A stretch of DNA of 63,583 bases, counting the filler, from Octopus bimaculoides (Eukaryota), in the NCBI RefSeq assembly GCF_001194135.2. It is 3 parts of 3 records of this genome, joined end to end, with 100 filler letters (N's around TTAATTAATTAA, not from the genome) between each part and the next. Parts side by side here need not be neighbours in the genome. Positions count along the whole stretch, not along the records: positions 30,097 to 56,934 come from NC_069008.1; positions 57,035 to 63,583 come from NC_069000.1; 1 more part is not named here. One strand, 5' to 3'. Positions 48,397 through 59,562 of the stretch are shown piece after piece. Each line of letters begins with the position of its first letter. The first letter of the stretch is position 1. The position numbers were made by a program, and so were the translations under genes. Under the pieces are notes generated by a model. That model ran no database searches and had not been told where the DNA came from. It saw only the letters and a list, made by a program, of their open reading frames with translations.

Positions 48397-51300
48397 TACA
48401 CACACATCTGTGTATATTACAGATTTACAAAGCGAAGATGTCAAGGAAAATTGATGAAATGTTTCACTACATGCAAGAACAGTACAACAGTGCTCTTCAA
48501 CATTTGCATTATCTGCGACAAGAAATCCAAATGTACATCAACAAGTTCCCGGCCATTGTTAAACGTGAGTAAGACAATCGTTTTCTAATATATATTGCTT
48601 TGTTAGTTGTGTGATTAGCGCGGTTGGCTCTTGATTACAAACGCATATATTTGATTTTCAGCCATGCATTGATTCCTTGAACAAGACACTTCATTTCACA
48701 TTGCTCCAGCTGGCAGAAATAAGTAGTGCCTGCATGTCAAAGGAGCAGCTTTGTCACATTCTGTGTTTTGCTGAATCACCATGGGAACTACATTAAGATC
48801 TACATATGTCTGTGGAGTACGCAGCCACTTGCATGTTCGTTTCCTGAGTAGCCTATTCCCATTGATTGTGTCAAGTGAAACACTTGTGATCGTAACAGAC
48901 AAGGTGCCAGTGAGTCAAGCTGAAGAAAGTGGACTCACTTTGTACCCTACACCACCACCACCACCACTGCTTGAAATACCTGCCCCTACACGCTCACAGT
49001 GAAGTAGAACCCTGGGATAGGATAACTTTGCTTTGTATGTGTGTGTACATGTGTGGTTTGGTGGTGGAGGTCACCAAATCTACATGCCCATGTCGGCCCT
49101 ACTTGGCCACATGCTTTTTGCTTGTTGCCTCTGTGCTCACCACCCACCTGTCCTTAATGTGCCACAAAGGTGATGTTAAGCTTAGGGTATCTCTGAATGT
49201 GATCTTTGTGTTCTTTTTTCCAGCCCCACCCATGTCTCTTGTCTCACCTTTTTCATATGCATATGAATATGTGCATGGTACATGGGTGGAGGCGCAATGG
49301 TCCAGTGGTTAGGGCAGCGGATTCGTGGTCATAGGATTGCGGTTTCGATTCCCAGACCGGGTGTTGTGAGTGTTTATTGAGCGAAAACACCTAAAAGCCC
49401 CACGAGGCTCCAGCAGGGGATGGTGGCAAACCCTGCTGTACTCTTTCACAACAACTTTCTCTCACTCTTACTTCCTGTTTCTGTTGTGCCTGTAATTCAA
49501 AGGGTCAGCCTTGTCACACTGTGTGTCACGCTGAATATCCCCCGAGAACTACGTTAAGGGTACACGTGTCTGTGGAGTGCTCGGCCACTTGCACGTTAAT
49601 TTCACGAGCAGGCTGTTCCGTTGATTGGATCAACTGGAACCCTCNNNNNNNNNNNNNNNNNNNNNNNNNNNNNNNNNNNNNNNNNNNNNNNNNNNNNNNN
49701 NNNNNNNNNNNNNNNNNNNNNNNNNNNNNNNNNNNNNNNNNNNNNNNNNNNNNNNNNNNNNNNNNNNNNNNNNNNNNNNNNNNNNNNNNNNNNNNNNNNN
49801 NNNNNNNNNNNNNNNNNNNNNNNNNNNNNNNNNNNNNNNNNNNNNNNNNNNNNNNNNNNNNNNNNNNNNNNNNNNNNNNNNNNNNNNNNNNNNNNNNNNN
49901 NNNNNNNNNNNNNNNNNNNNNNNNNNNNNNNNNNNNNNNNNNNNNNNNNNNNNNNNNNNNNNNNNNNNNNNNNNNNNNNNNNNNNNNNNNNNCCATTGAG
50001 AATGGCAGAAAAATCTTGAACACACTCTACCAACATATGTCATCTCATCCTTGGACAGAATCTTTTAGAAACATTGGATTAAAGGTGTATCAACAGGTAC
50101 GTTCACCGATAAATCTTTATTTCCTACATTCTATTATCAAAATCCTCATTTCTATGAAAAACATATCTGGCTCTGAGATGAAGAAATGTTGAAATAAATC
50201 CCTAAATTTGGGTCTGAAATAATATAATATGAGGTTAAGCAGTTAAATCTGGTGTTAAAAACCGTATAATTCTTATAGACAGTTGAGTTTTAGCTCAGAA
50301 ATCTGAATTTTGGAGATAAACATTTGAATTTAGGTTTAGAAAATTGAAATGTGTAAATAATGTGAAATTTGAAGAAAAAGACTTAAGTTTGGGTTCATAT
50401 GTTGGAAATATGAAGGGTCAAAAGCTGAAATATCAACCTATTCAACAGCTTCATTACTCTGTGTATCTAACTATTCAGCAGGTATACAATCTAGCTCTCT
50501 AGTCAACATCTAAAAACTGTGTGTGTCTAAGCACTTAACATCCACACACTACTTCTATCTATGTATCCAATTATCGTTCCATCAACTATGTACTCTGTCA
50601 ATCTATTACACATTGTCTGTCTATCCATTCAACATATACATGCTTTTTTATCAACATTTACACTCTGTATCTTACGTTTTTGTCAACATTTACACTCTGT
50701 ATACAGCTATTCACTCAACATCTACACACTGTGTCTATCCGTCTATCTATCTAGGCATCATCTGTTGTGGATAGATCGTCCATGTAAAGCAGGTGATTTA
50801 TCCTCATCTTAGACTTGGTAAACTCATAGGCAAGCCTGCATTTTTCACAGATATTAATTCAACTACAAGTGCCTCTGAAAAATGCCCCTGTGTATTTTTA
50901 TGTCCCCTAGTGATTTATTTGCACATGTCAATTCTACTTCCTGCACTCTCATTTCTTTTTTGAAAAAAACTGTTTGTCCTCTCCTTCACTCCGAGTGTCC
51001 CCACTCACTCCAAGAGTCAGCAATGTGTAACACTGTTGTAAGTTTCCCTGGAAGCTATCCATCCAACAGCTAACTTATTCTTTCTTATACTGTATTTTTT
51101 TAACCAGTCAAGCTCTACACACTCTATTGTAACCCTGCTCAACACACACACACACTTTATTAAACTAATCATACATAATTACTAATACTTGAATCCATTA
51201 TTTTTGTTTGCTAGGCCGAGTGGGCTTTCAATTATTGGCAAGTGAAGGATAACCTGTACAGCCTGAAAGACAAAACTGTCAAACACATAAGAAAGGAGCT

Positions 51301-51569
51301 AAACATGTTAGCTGATGTCTTCTCCAATTTTAACGTGAGGACCTTAATATTTGATCCGAAGAACGGTGAAATAGTTGTGGAATTCTACTACAAATCATTG
51401 ATGATGGCATACAAATATGCAAGATCAATCAAACAGGTTTTAACAAGCATCAACCACGTTGTCTCGACATATGTCGACATGTTGCCAGATTCATACTGGA
51501 GCATAAGTGATATTTACTACACTCTGAAACCTTACACCAGCCTACGCAACTGGACTCCCCCATCTAAAT
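30459..51569 (+). CDS. Large lipid transfer protein (apolipophorin / apoB / vitellogenin-like); partial gene, 11 visible exons, ~2,470 codons, truncated at both ends
   Basis: All exons have GT-AG ends and compatible phases. The protein shows a long beta-strand-like Lys/Asn/Ser/Thr-rich region with TP(F/Y) motifs, then an amphipathic helical region, then FDP..GEI and NWTPPSK, which in apolipophorin-type proteins directly precedes the VWD domain. Family call is by recognition, not by search. Confidence 0.8.
31628..32058 (+). mobile_element. Two SINE family C units in tandem
   Basis: Two heads (31628, ~31861) with different tails; aataatggat on both flanks. Confidence 0.8.
32071..32362 (-). mobile_element. 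SINE family A, collapsed across a short gap
   Basis: 3' body and head match the other copies. Confidence 0.8.
32695..32938 (+). CDS. LLTP exon (IAALNTGKNKNKQLFK...IYYGS)
   Basis: acag / gtaagt; open frame; phases fit. Confidence 0.85.
34691..34907 (+). CDS. LLTP exon (VFSDKNNKNRGFTAKGK...KSPKK)
   Basis: aacag / gtaaga; phase 2 in, phase 0 out. Confidence 0.87.
35170..35572 (+). mobile_element. Mariner 3' remnant with terminal repeat
   Basis: EEYFSSQTSEFRKRGFASLPDRWKSIVENEGE followed by ttatgggataacccaata. Confidence 0.7.
35933..40939 (+). CDS. LLTP giant exon, 5,007 nt / 1,669 codons
   Basis: Stop-free ORF 35906-41005; ttttcag acceptor at 35932 and AAT|gtgagt donor at 40940; no repeats or gaps inside. 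Confidence 0.93.
41109..41420 (-). mobile_element. Gypsy-type LTR retrotransposon integrase remnant
   Basis: YLLVKVDEYSRYPFAYPC...SDRATQF (rve core), degenerate. Confidence 0.78.
41565..41938 (+). mobile_element. SINE family A
   Basis: High identity to the reverse complement of 331-734. Confidence 0.87.
42331..42638 (+). mobile_element. SINE family B, head in gap
   Basis: Body and tail near-identical to other copies. Confidence 0.87.
43141..43464 (+). CDS. LLTP exon (SLKLKTVINGPNG...REMKIE)
   Basis: tttttcag / gtaagg; phase 0 at both ends. Confidence 0.9.
43480..43745 (+). mobile_element. SINE family B, 3'-truncated
   Basis: Starts 15 nt after the exon donor at 43465. Confidence 0.85.
43984..44100 (-). 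mobile_element. Non-LTR reverse transcriptase remnant
   Basis: LDSLIRTVRAFSKDIGMQFG, typical of sequence just after the RT YxDD motif. Confidence 0.6.
44464..44629 (+). CDS. LLTP exon (AITPKNQLEIFG...ESSYDL)
   Basis: tttcag / gtaaga. Confidence 0.88.
44765..45725 (+). repeat. 34-35-bp tandem minisatellite spanning a gap
   Basis: Unit gaaatttggtagacaaaattaaaggtttatg(t/c)tt on both sides of N-run 44903-45588. Confidence 0.88.
45877..46058 (+). CDS. LLTP exon (DPKKQLRMRAEM...IFWNPDTVNELN)
   Basis: tttag / gtaagt. Confidence 0.88.
46661..47054 (+). mobile_element. SINE family B, full length
   Basis: 13-bp TSD acaaccacactca (46648-46660 / 47055-47067). Confidence 0.92.
47160..47564 (+). CDS. 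LLTP exon, amphipathic helical region (DYCYAMLQHYG...FQRQYL)
   Basis: tttcag / gtatgt; 135 codons. Confidence 0.9.
47647..47990 (-). mobile_element. Family E repeat
   Basis: (CAT)n start, tttaatgtccactttccatgctggcatggg, gtgccacc-rich body also seen at 21738-21900. Confidence 0.7.
48423..48564 (+). CDS. LLTP exon (IYKAKMSRKIDEMF...PAIVK)
   Basis: ttacag / gtgagt; not in the supplied ORF track; found by phase chaining. Confidence 0.85.
49287..49644 (+). mobile_element. SINE family B, cut by gap
   Basis: Near-identical to the 46661 copy. Confidence 0.87.
49993..50096 (+). CDS. LLTP exon, acceptor lost in gap (IENGRKILNTL...KVYQQ)
   Basis: Open frame emerging from N-run; CAG|gtacgt donor; the visible CC before ATT fits the phase-1 upstream exon. 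Confidence 0.75.
51215..51569 (+). CDS. LLTP exon ending just before the expected VWD domain (AEWAFNYWQV...FDPKNGEI...NWTPPSK)
   Basis: ctag / gttagt; phase 1 out. Confidence 0.87.
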
Positions 51570-52675
51570 GTTAGTATTTAACTTGTTTCTCTCTTTTTCT
51601 TTCCTTCTTCACAGGGGAATCATTCAACTGAATGATTAATGCAAACTAAAGTGTGTGAATACTATAATATTGGCAGTAAACTCTTGACCAACAGTGTGTC
51701 TGAGATGTGGCTGAAGTACCAAGATTTGATTTCCACTTGTAGCTATTCTTCTCACTTTGTTAATAATTATCCTTGTTTTAAAAAAAAGGGTTAAAGGCCA
51801 CAGCATCTCCCAACCTCACCAGCACCACTATCACTGGTTGGTGCTTACCTTTGACCATGAACAATGAAGAATTTATCAAACTGGTCTTAGTCGTCTGATA
51901 GTTCCACACCTAGGTGTCTACAGTAATTAATGGTCATTAGCAGCTTATTTCTAATCAATTACAAACATTTATAGTAATTATTTGTTGTAGTTAAGTGTAT
52001 GCCTTAGAAAACACCCATGTGATTTTTAAAAGTGTCTGGATGATATGGAATGATGCCATGGTAGTTTTGTCAGAAAAACCAGAAGTTTTCAATGAGATGA
52101 AGAAGGCTCCTTATGGTTACGCTCCTTTGAAAATATTTGAAATATATGACTTAGAAACATCTTTATAAAATTGAGATGCTTCAGACCCATCTAACCAACC
52201 AACAAGCAAATGGCAAGTGGCAAGATGCATGTTCTTCGACTACCCTCAACATGGTGCCCGTTAAATCTTCATGGGGAAGATCTAACTTTGTAGCATGATC
52301 TCCTGCAAGTTCAATTGGTCAATAAATGGAATGTCCATGTAAAAAAATATGCAGTTCATTCACGGCACTAGCTTGATAACTTAATGAATGGGGTTCGAAT
52401 CCAAGGTCTCACTAAAAAAAACCATATGTATATCCTTAAAATAAATGTTTACTCTAAAAATAGATAAAATTTCAAAATCAGGTTTACAACAACTCGTGCT
52501 CAAATTTGCAATTATCCCATCTTTAACTCAGATATTTATCAATCCATCATAACAGCCAAGATTAAATTTATTTCCAAAATAACTACATTTTCCTATACCA
52601 TAACGATCGATGATTTCAATTCTTGACAGATATATTTTGAAATATTTCATGTGTGTATGTGTTTGTGTGTGTATG

Positions 52676-52706
<31 letters not shown>

Positions 52707-52849
52707 NNNNNNNNNNNNNNNNNNNNNNNNNNNNNNNNNNNNNNNNNNNNNNNNNNNNNNNNNNNNNNNNNNNNNNNNNNNNNNNNNNNNNNNNNNNNNN
52801 NNNNNNGTGTGGAGAGACATTTTGGCCAATCCTCTCTGAGGATCTCTTT

Positions 52850-53265
52850 CTGAATATATTTAATTATATTTATTTATATATTCATTTATATATATATTTA
52901 TTTATTTATATATATATATATATTTAGTTATTTATATATATATTTGTTTATTTATATATATATATATTTATGTATACATATTTATTTATTTATAAATATA
53001 TTTATTTATTTATATATATAGAGAGATTTATTTATATGTATTTTTCTTAATTTGTAAATATTAATTTTTTTTATATATGTTTATTTATTTTTTATTGATA
53101 TATGTATTTATTTATTTATATATATACTTCTTTTTTATTTATATATATATTTAATTATTGGGCCGCAGCTCTAAGCTGAAACTTAAAAAAAAAATATATA
53201 TATATATATATTTTTTTATTTATATATATATTTATTTATTTAAATACATATATTTATATTTTACA
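52850..53265. repeat. AT-only low-complexity tract
   Basis: tatttatttatatata degenerate repeats. Confidence 0.85.
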
Positions 53266-53299
53266 GTTTATATGTAGAGGTCCAGTCTGTTCTCATCAG

Positions 53300-53508
53300 A
53301 GGATGCCATACTCTCACCACAACAAAACTGCTCCGGCCTTTGGAATGTCGTCCTCGCTGTATGTGGCCAAGCATTATCCTGATGGAAGGACACTTTTTGT
53401 TTTGAACCCAAAGATGATTGTTTTTCTTTTAGCGCTGACTTAAGCCACTCAAGCTGGTCGCAGTAAATCTCTTTTGTTATTGCTTGGTTTGGGTTTAAAA
53501 GTTCAAAG
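53300..53508 (-). mobile_element. Mariner transposase remnant (catalytic region)
   Basis: ITKEIYCDQLEWLKSAL...FHQDNAWPH (HDNARPH-like). Confidence 0.8.
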
Positions 53509-53861
53509 ATTGTTTGCCAACATAACATGGCTGTCCTTCCTGGTTTATGAGGAATGTTGCTGTAATTTAGCCCCAGGAGGCATCGTCTCCAGCTAGCTAT
53601 ACAACACAACCTGTGTCCTTATATTTTCGAACAAGGGAATCTAGCATCCCCCACTCAGCTCAAAACAATATCTGTGTATTGTGATTCCTGGGTTATTTCC
53701 CTTCATCAGCACAGAATAATTGTTCGGCTAGAATTCCCGTTCGAAAATATAAGGACACAGATCACGTCGTATAGCCAGCTAGAGATGATGTCTCCTGGGG
53801 TTAAATTACAGCAATGTTAGTCCTGAACCAGGACTGCCATGTTATGTTGGCAAACAATCTG
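53509..53861. repeat. Foldback element: ~135-bp inverted arms, ~80-bp spacer
   Basis: 53509-53645 versus reverse complement of ~53726-53861. Confidence 0.85.
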
Positions 53862-54199
53862 TACTCCAATAAGGGAGCTAGTAATAAATTTATGGGGGCA
53901 GGTATGATTGTGTTTAAGAAGCATGGGTGTACACATGCTATTTCGAAAACTTGAGGTGTGTTTGTCTACAGAGCTCTGAACTGTAATGGAAGCCTAAGTG
54001 CTCTGTTGATTCTATCTTGTTATATATAACACATTCATACATACATAAACACACGAGTGGACTTGTGTGTGTGTGTGTGTATATATATATACTTCCACTT
54101 CCTACATTTTTCAATATTTGAGAAAATATTTTATTCTGGATCATTGGAATAGTCACCTTCTGCAGCAGCAGTATACCAGTTCTAATGTTGCTGCCACTC

Positions 54200-54690
54200 C
54201 TGAAATCTGGCTTGGAAGTTGTTTTCTTTGAGTTAAGGACCGTCTGCAATTTGCTCTGGATCTCAACAACTGTGTTAGAATGGTGACCTTTCAGCAGTAT
54301 GCTCTGGGAGACGAATTCTTGCTGTACAATACCATGCTTTCAGGGGTGACACTTGTGACAGGTCTTCCACTTTTGAAGCGCTCATGCCACTCAAAACATA
54401 GCGCACAATCTATTACCTTGTCACCATAAGCTTGCCAAAGCATACTCAAGGTCTCTGTAGCAGACTTCTCAAGTTTAACACAAAATTTCACGCTGGCTCT
54501 TTGTTCCTGTCCACGGCAAATATCGCAGACTACAGCAAACACGTGATCACAAAAACACAAATTTCACAACTTACAAAGTAAACACAGTGATGTAACTTGG
54601 CACACTTCTTTGTGGTCGCTGCCCATGCAACCATGTGCTGCCATCTGTTGGCATGCTACAGAACTAGTTCAGGAACTTGTATGTCCATAT
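54200..54690 (-). mobile_element. Mariner transposase remnant (N-terminal HTH)
   Basis: EQRASVKFCVKLEKSATETLSMLWQAYG...CFEWHERFKSG. Confidence 0.82.
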
Positions 54691-55480
54691 TTGGGGCTTT
54701 GTCACTTTGTTCTTCTACATCATCAATATTTCTTTTGCAATTTCTCATTGCTGTCATCATCAGTACATCTTATATTACATTCATGCCATTGACTCTAGGT
54801 CCTTAGATTTCACGACTGAGAATATTTTTCAGTATAGTTATTAAATAGGTATGGTGATAGCACATGTCCTTGTCATATACCTCTTCTCAACTCTACTGTT
54901 TCTGATAATTCCTGCTCTATTTTAATAGCTGCCTTTTAGGTTCCAACACAATATGTAGATGATTCTGATGTCCTTTCCGTCTAAACCAGCTTTTTCTGAA
55001 GACATGTTGAGCTCCATGGTGTATGCAGTCAAATGCCTTCGCAGAATATATGAAACAAGTCAATGAATCTTTGTAATTGTATTTGCCTCCGTGCCAGAAT
55101 GCCGATTGTCTTAAATACTGGTGAAATTTTCTTTTTTACTTGTTCGAGCTTCTGTTTATCTCCCTTCATACTTGCTTTTTTTCGTAGTCTTATTAACACT
55201 TTGGCCACCACATGCACCGTCAGTGATTTATCGCAAACGTCACATATATGCACCACCAGTGGTACTTTTCCATAATTTGAGAAAATATTTTATACTGTAT
55301 CTTCGACATGGTTTCAAGAATATTTAAATAACAAGAGTACTAAATATCAAAATTTAATAATGAAATACTGTAAAAATTCAAAAGAAATTACATTTCCTTG
55401 TAATTAAACAATGTAACTATGTGAAATATGTGATGTCACTGGTAAGGTCCAATAGCAGGTCATGAGGGCTAATGTGTTAA

Positions 55481-55703
55481 CCCTTTTGATACCAACCCAC
55501 CTGAAACCACCTCTGGCTCTGTAGGACAAAAAGACCTGTTTTCAAAAGTTCTGAATTAAAATCTTCCACCAAACCTTAGTCACAATTTATGTTTCTAACA
55601 CTAGCTGAATGATAATGAAGTTATTTTACTAAATTCTTTGTTATATTTAAAATTAATTGAAAGAAACACAGAGCATCTCAACAGAAATATGGTAACAAAA
55701 GGG
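55481..55703. mobile_element. piggyBac-type MITE
   Basis: TTAA TSD, CCC...GGG TIRs. Confidence 0.88.
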
Positions 55704-55856
55704 TTAAGAAGAAAAATAATCAGCAGAAGACATGAGAGGAGACCTCAATGTGGTCACTCGATATGTTAGAAATAACAGCCTAAATTTCCTTCAATCCACA
55801 CCATTCGAACCGCTTCTAATGTCCATCTGCCCAAATGTAGAGGTGTTTGTTTTTAA

Positions 55857-56080
55857 CCCTTTTGATACCAACTTGGCTGAAACCAGCTCTGGCTCAGTAG
55901 TACAAATGTCTTGTTTTCAAAAGGTTTGAATTAAAATCTTCCACCAAACCTTAGTCCCAATTTATGTTCCTAACACTAGCTTAACGATAACGAAGTTATT
56001 TTACAAAATTCTTTGTTATATTTAAAATTAATTGAAAGAAACACAGAGCATCTCCACAGAAATAGGGTAACAAAAGGGGG
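55857..56080. mobile_element. piggyBac-type MITE
   Basis: TTAA TSD, same orientation as the 55481 copy. Confidence 0.88.
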
Positions 56081-56228
56081 TTAACAAACATAACAACACA
56101 TGAAGCAGAATATGACATCATTCATACCGCTGTTGGACTTAAATCCAAATTGCTTCTCACAGATATCTGCAGTTACTTTGCTTCGTATGACTGAAAGAAA
56201 TATTTTAAGTGCATCAGACATGAGACTA

Positions 56229-56453
56229 ATATTTACATTTGACGGATATCTGTCCTCGTCTTGTTTGTTGTTAACACAATGTTTCGGCTGATATACCCTC
56301 CAGCCTTCTTCAGGTGTCTTGGAGAAATTTCGAACCTGGGTTCTCATTCCTAAGGTATTTTTTGATGTTATTATTATTCAGGTCACTGCCTGGAATCAAA
56401 CTTGGAATCTTGGGGTTAGTAGCCTACGCTCTTAACCACTACGCCATATGCCC
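56229..56453 (-). mobile_element. SINE family D
   Basis: Reverse complement of 56508-56740. Confidence 0.82.
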
Positions 56454-56507
56454 GATAGGAAAATATTAGATTTATGAGCCCTAAAAATTCACTCCATAAT
56501 TGCCGAC

Positions 56508-56766
56508 AGGCATATGGCATAGTGGTTAAGAGCGCAGGCTACTAACCCCAAGATTCCGAGTTTGATTCCAGGCAGTGAACCGAATAATAATAATAATGAT
56601 AATAATAGCATCAAAAAATACCTTAGGAATGAGAACCCAGGTTCGAAATTTCTCCAAGACACCTGATGAAGGCTGGAGGGTATATCAGGTGAAACGTGTT
56701 AACAACAAACAAGGACAAATATCCGTCAAATGTAAATAATTCCTCACCTCTTAAATACAGAACTGT
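56508..56766 (+). mobile_element. SINE family D
   Basis: A-box tggcatagtgg, B-box-like gtttgattcc, (AAT)n, tail. Confidence 0.82.
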
Positions 56767-56934
56767 ATGAGATTAATATTCTTGAAGTTACAACACTCCA
56801 ATGGTCTGAGGTTTTTTTTTGTTTTTTTTTTTGGCACAGTGATAAATGCCACTATTATGAAATCTTTAGCACGGTAACTGGAGTTATTGAAAAGGTTTTG
56901 TACCTAAGGAACAGAAAAATATAGAGGCAGTTTC

Positions 56935-57034
56935 NNNNNNNNNNNNNNNNNNNNNNNNNNNNNNNNNNNNNNNNNNNNTTAATTAATTAANNNNNNNNNN
57001 NNNNNNNNNNNNNNNNNNNNNNNNNNNNNNNNNN
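56935..57034. other. Synthetic scaffolding spacer (44 N + TTAATTAATTAA + 44 N)
   Basis: Same structure as 29997-30096. Confidence 0.93.
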
Positions 57035-57372
57035 GCAAATCGACTCCAGGACTTATTCTTTGTAAGCCTAGTACTTATTCTATCGTTCTCTTTTGCCGAA
57101 CTGCTAAGTTACGTGGACGTAAACACACCAGCGTCGGTTGTCAAGCGATGTTGGGGGAGGGACAAACGCAGACACACAAACATACACACACACAAACACA
57201 TATATATATATATACGATGGGCTTCTTGCAGTTTCCGTCTACCAAATCCACTCACAAGGCTTTGGTCGGCCCGAGGCTATAGTAGAAGACACTTGCCCTA
57301 GGTGCCACGCAGTGGGACTGAACCCGGAACCATGTGGTTGGGAAGCAAGCTACTTACCACACAGCCACACCT
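57035..57372 (-). mobile_element. SINE family A
   Basis: High identity to 400-734. Confidence 0.85.
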
Positions 57373-59107
57373 GGTATTACGATCTTGGAAGGACGAAAGC
57401 CAAAGTTGATTTCGGTGAGATTTGAACTTGGAGCAAAGAGGATCGGGACAACTACCTAAGTCCTGGTAACGATCTGTTCGTTTGAACCGTTCGTCTAAAC
57501 TCGTTGGCGCGAGTTCCATAACTGAATCAGGTTAAACATACAAGGTAAATTAAGGCAATGTCAGTCACAACGCAGTAACCTCCCTTCTAGTGAAGAAACG
57601 TTAAAGTATCTCAGAGTTGTCTACCTTCCATTTCAGTAGCGATTCTCTGTTGGTCTCCTTTCGTTCAAAGCACAGACCAATCGCCGCCTTGGAAGGGGAG
57701 ACAAATGCCTTTGACATTGCATAATAACACATTCTAAATTCATCCAGCGAATTGTACATATAACCTCGTTTATCACTGATTCATTCAGCATTGATCCAGG
57801 ATAACACGGTATGTTCAAATACGATCAGTCCAAGATTCTGCTTGTTCTGCAAAAATGCGATGCAGCGACTACCGACAATGCACCAGTTATCGCTTGTGGT
57901 GGACATGACCACGCGGTATATTTGTGTATTTTTTCTATACGGATTTACGTTCATGTACCAACCAACATGATACCCATGAACAGAGAAAATATGAAGGAAG
58001 TTTCGCTGCTATGGGCCGCGAGACTGGGGGTCAATGGATCAATCTTTCATTCCAGTGAAAAACTGAGTGGAGATGATTCATTTATCACTAGATGTTCTTT
58101 AAAACAACCACCTCCGTGATAAACGAAATCAGATGTCCATGAGAGACTAAAATAGATTTAGTGTAAACGAGATGCATTTTGTGAAATATAACGACCAGTC
58201 GGTAAATGGTTTCTCATTTAGGGATGAGATAGTACATGACTGGTATATTATTTCATGGATCCTGAAAGATGAAAGCAAAATTGACGTTGCAGGAATTTGA
58301 AGTCAGAAGGTAAAGAGGTGGAACAAATTAGTGCAAAGCATTTCGTCCAACGTTCCCGCGATGCTACCGGTTCACTGTCTTAAAATGATTCAAATTGAAG
58401 CCTGAGCGATACCGGCATTTCGCCATTCTTGAGCATCATCAAGATCAAGTATCTGAAGGCCTGCGGCTTAGTGCTTAAGATATTCGACTCACGATCGTAA
58501 GGTCGTGAGTTCAATTCCTGGTGACGCGTGGTGTCCTTGAGCAAGACACTTTATTTCCCGTTGCACCAGTCCACTCAGATGGCAAAAATGAGTAGTACCT
58601 GCTTTTCAAAGGGCCAGCCTCGTCCCACTCTGTGTCACGCTGAATCTCCCTGAGAACTACGTTAAGGGTACACGCGTCTGTGGAGTGCTCAACCGCTTGC
58701 ACGTCAATTTCGCGAGCAAGATGTTCCCTTAATCGTATCAGCTGGGACCCGCGTCGTCGTAACCAACGGAGTGCTCCTTTTTATCTGAATTGAACCGGTG
58801 ACGAATCGAAACGCCAGTCTATCACGATATATAAATAGTGTAAAAACTATTCGATGATGCCTCACGGCGATGCGCACGTACGATTAGATTCCCTAGCATT
58901 TAATTCAATATCGAATGGCGAAAAATAGTTATCCAACCCTCCTGAATTCGATCCAGAGTGAGTTGACTCACCTGTATATAACTTTCTGGTGTTAACAGGT
59001 CGTCGTCCCCGAAGCGCTATGCCACAGCGAACCGGCAAACAAACAAAACACATACATTGAGTATATGCGACCGGCCATTATCGGCTCAGGGCACGAGTAA
59101 CTCAATA

Positions 59108-59150
<43 letters not shown>

Positions 59151-59210
59151 GCACGCACGCACACACATACATAATACATACATACATACATACATGTGTG
59201 NNNNNNNNNN

Positions 59211-59247
<37 letters not shown>

Positions 59248-59562
59248 GTGATGGACACTCCCATCGTTAGACGATGTGTGAGGATTCGACAATTTCTTAC
59301 CGAACAACCACACATGATTTGTTTATATCGAATGTTTGTGTACACATAAACTCACTCCCTCCATCAGATCCATCAAATCGACATTACTTGTACAGGTCAA
59401 CAGGTGCCACATGTCAAATGTCGAAATGATCGCATAGCAACGTGAAATGAAGTGCTTTGCTCAAGAACACAACGCAACATCCGGTCTAGGAATCAAACCC
59501 ACGATCTCGTAATCCTGAGTACAAAATCTTAACCACTTAGACACGCGCCTTATAGTAAGAAT

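Noticed and set aside
57633-58119. Two short ORFs in a relatively CpG-rich unique stretch
   Set aside because: No recognisable homology, splice pattern or codon signal; cannot be supported without a search.
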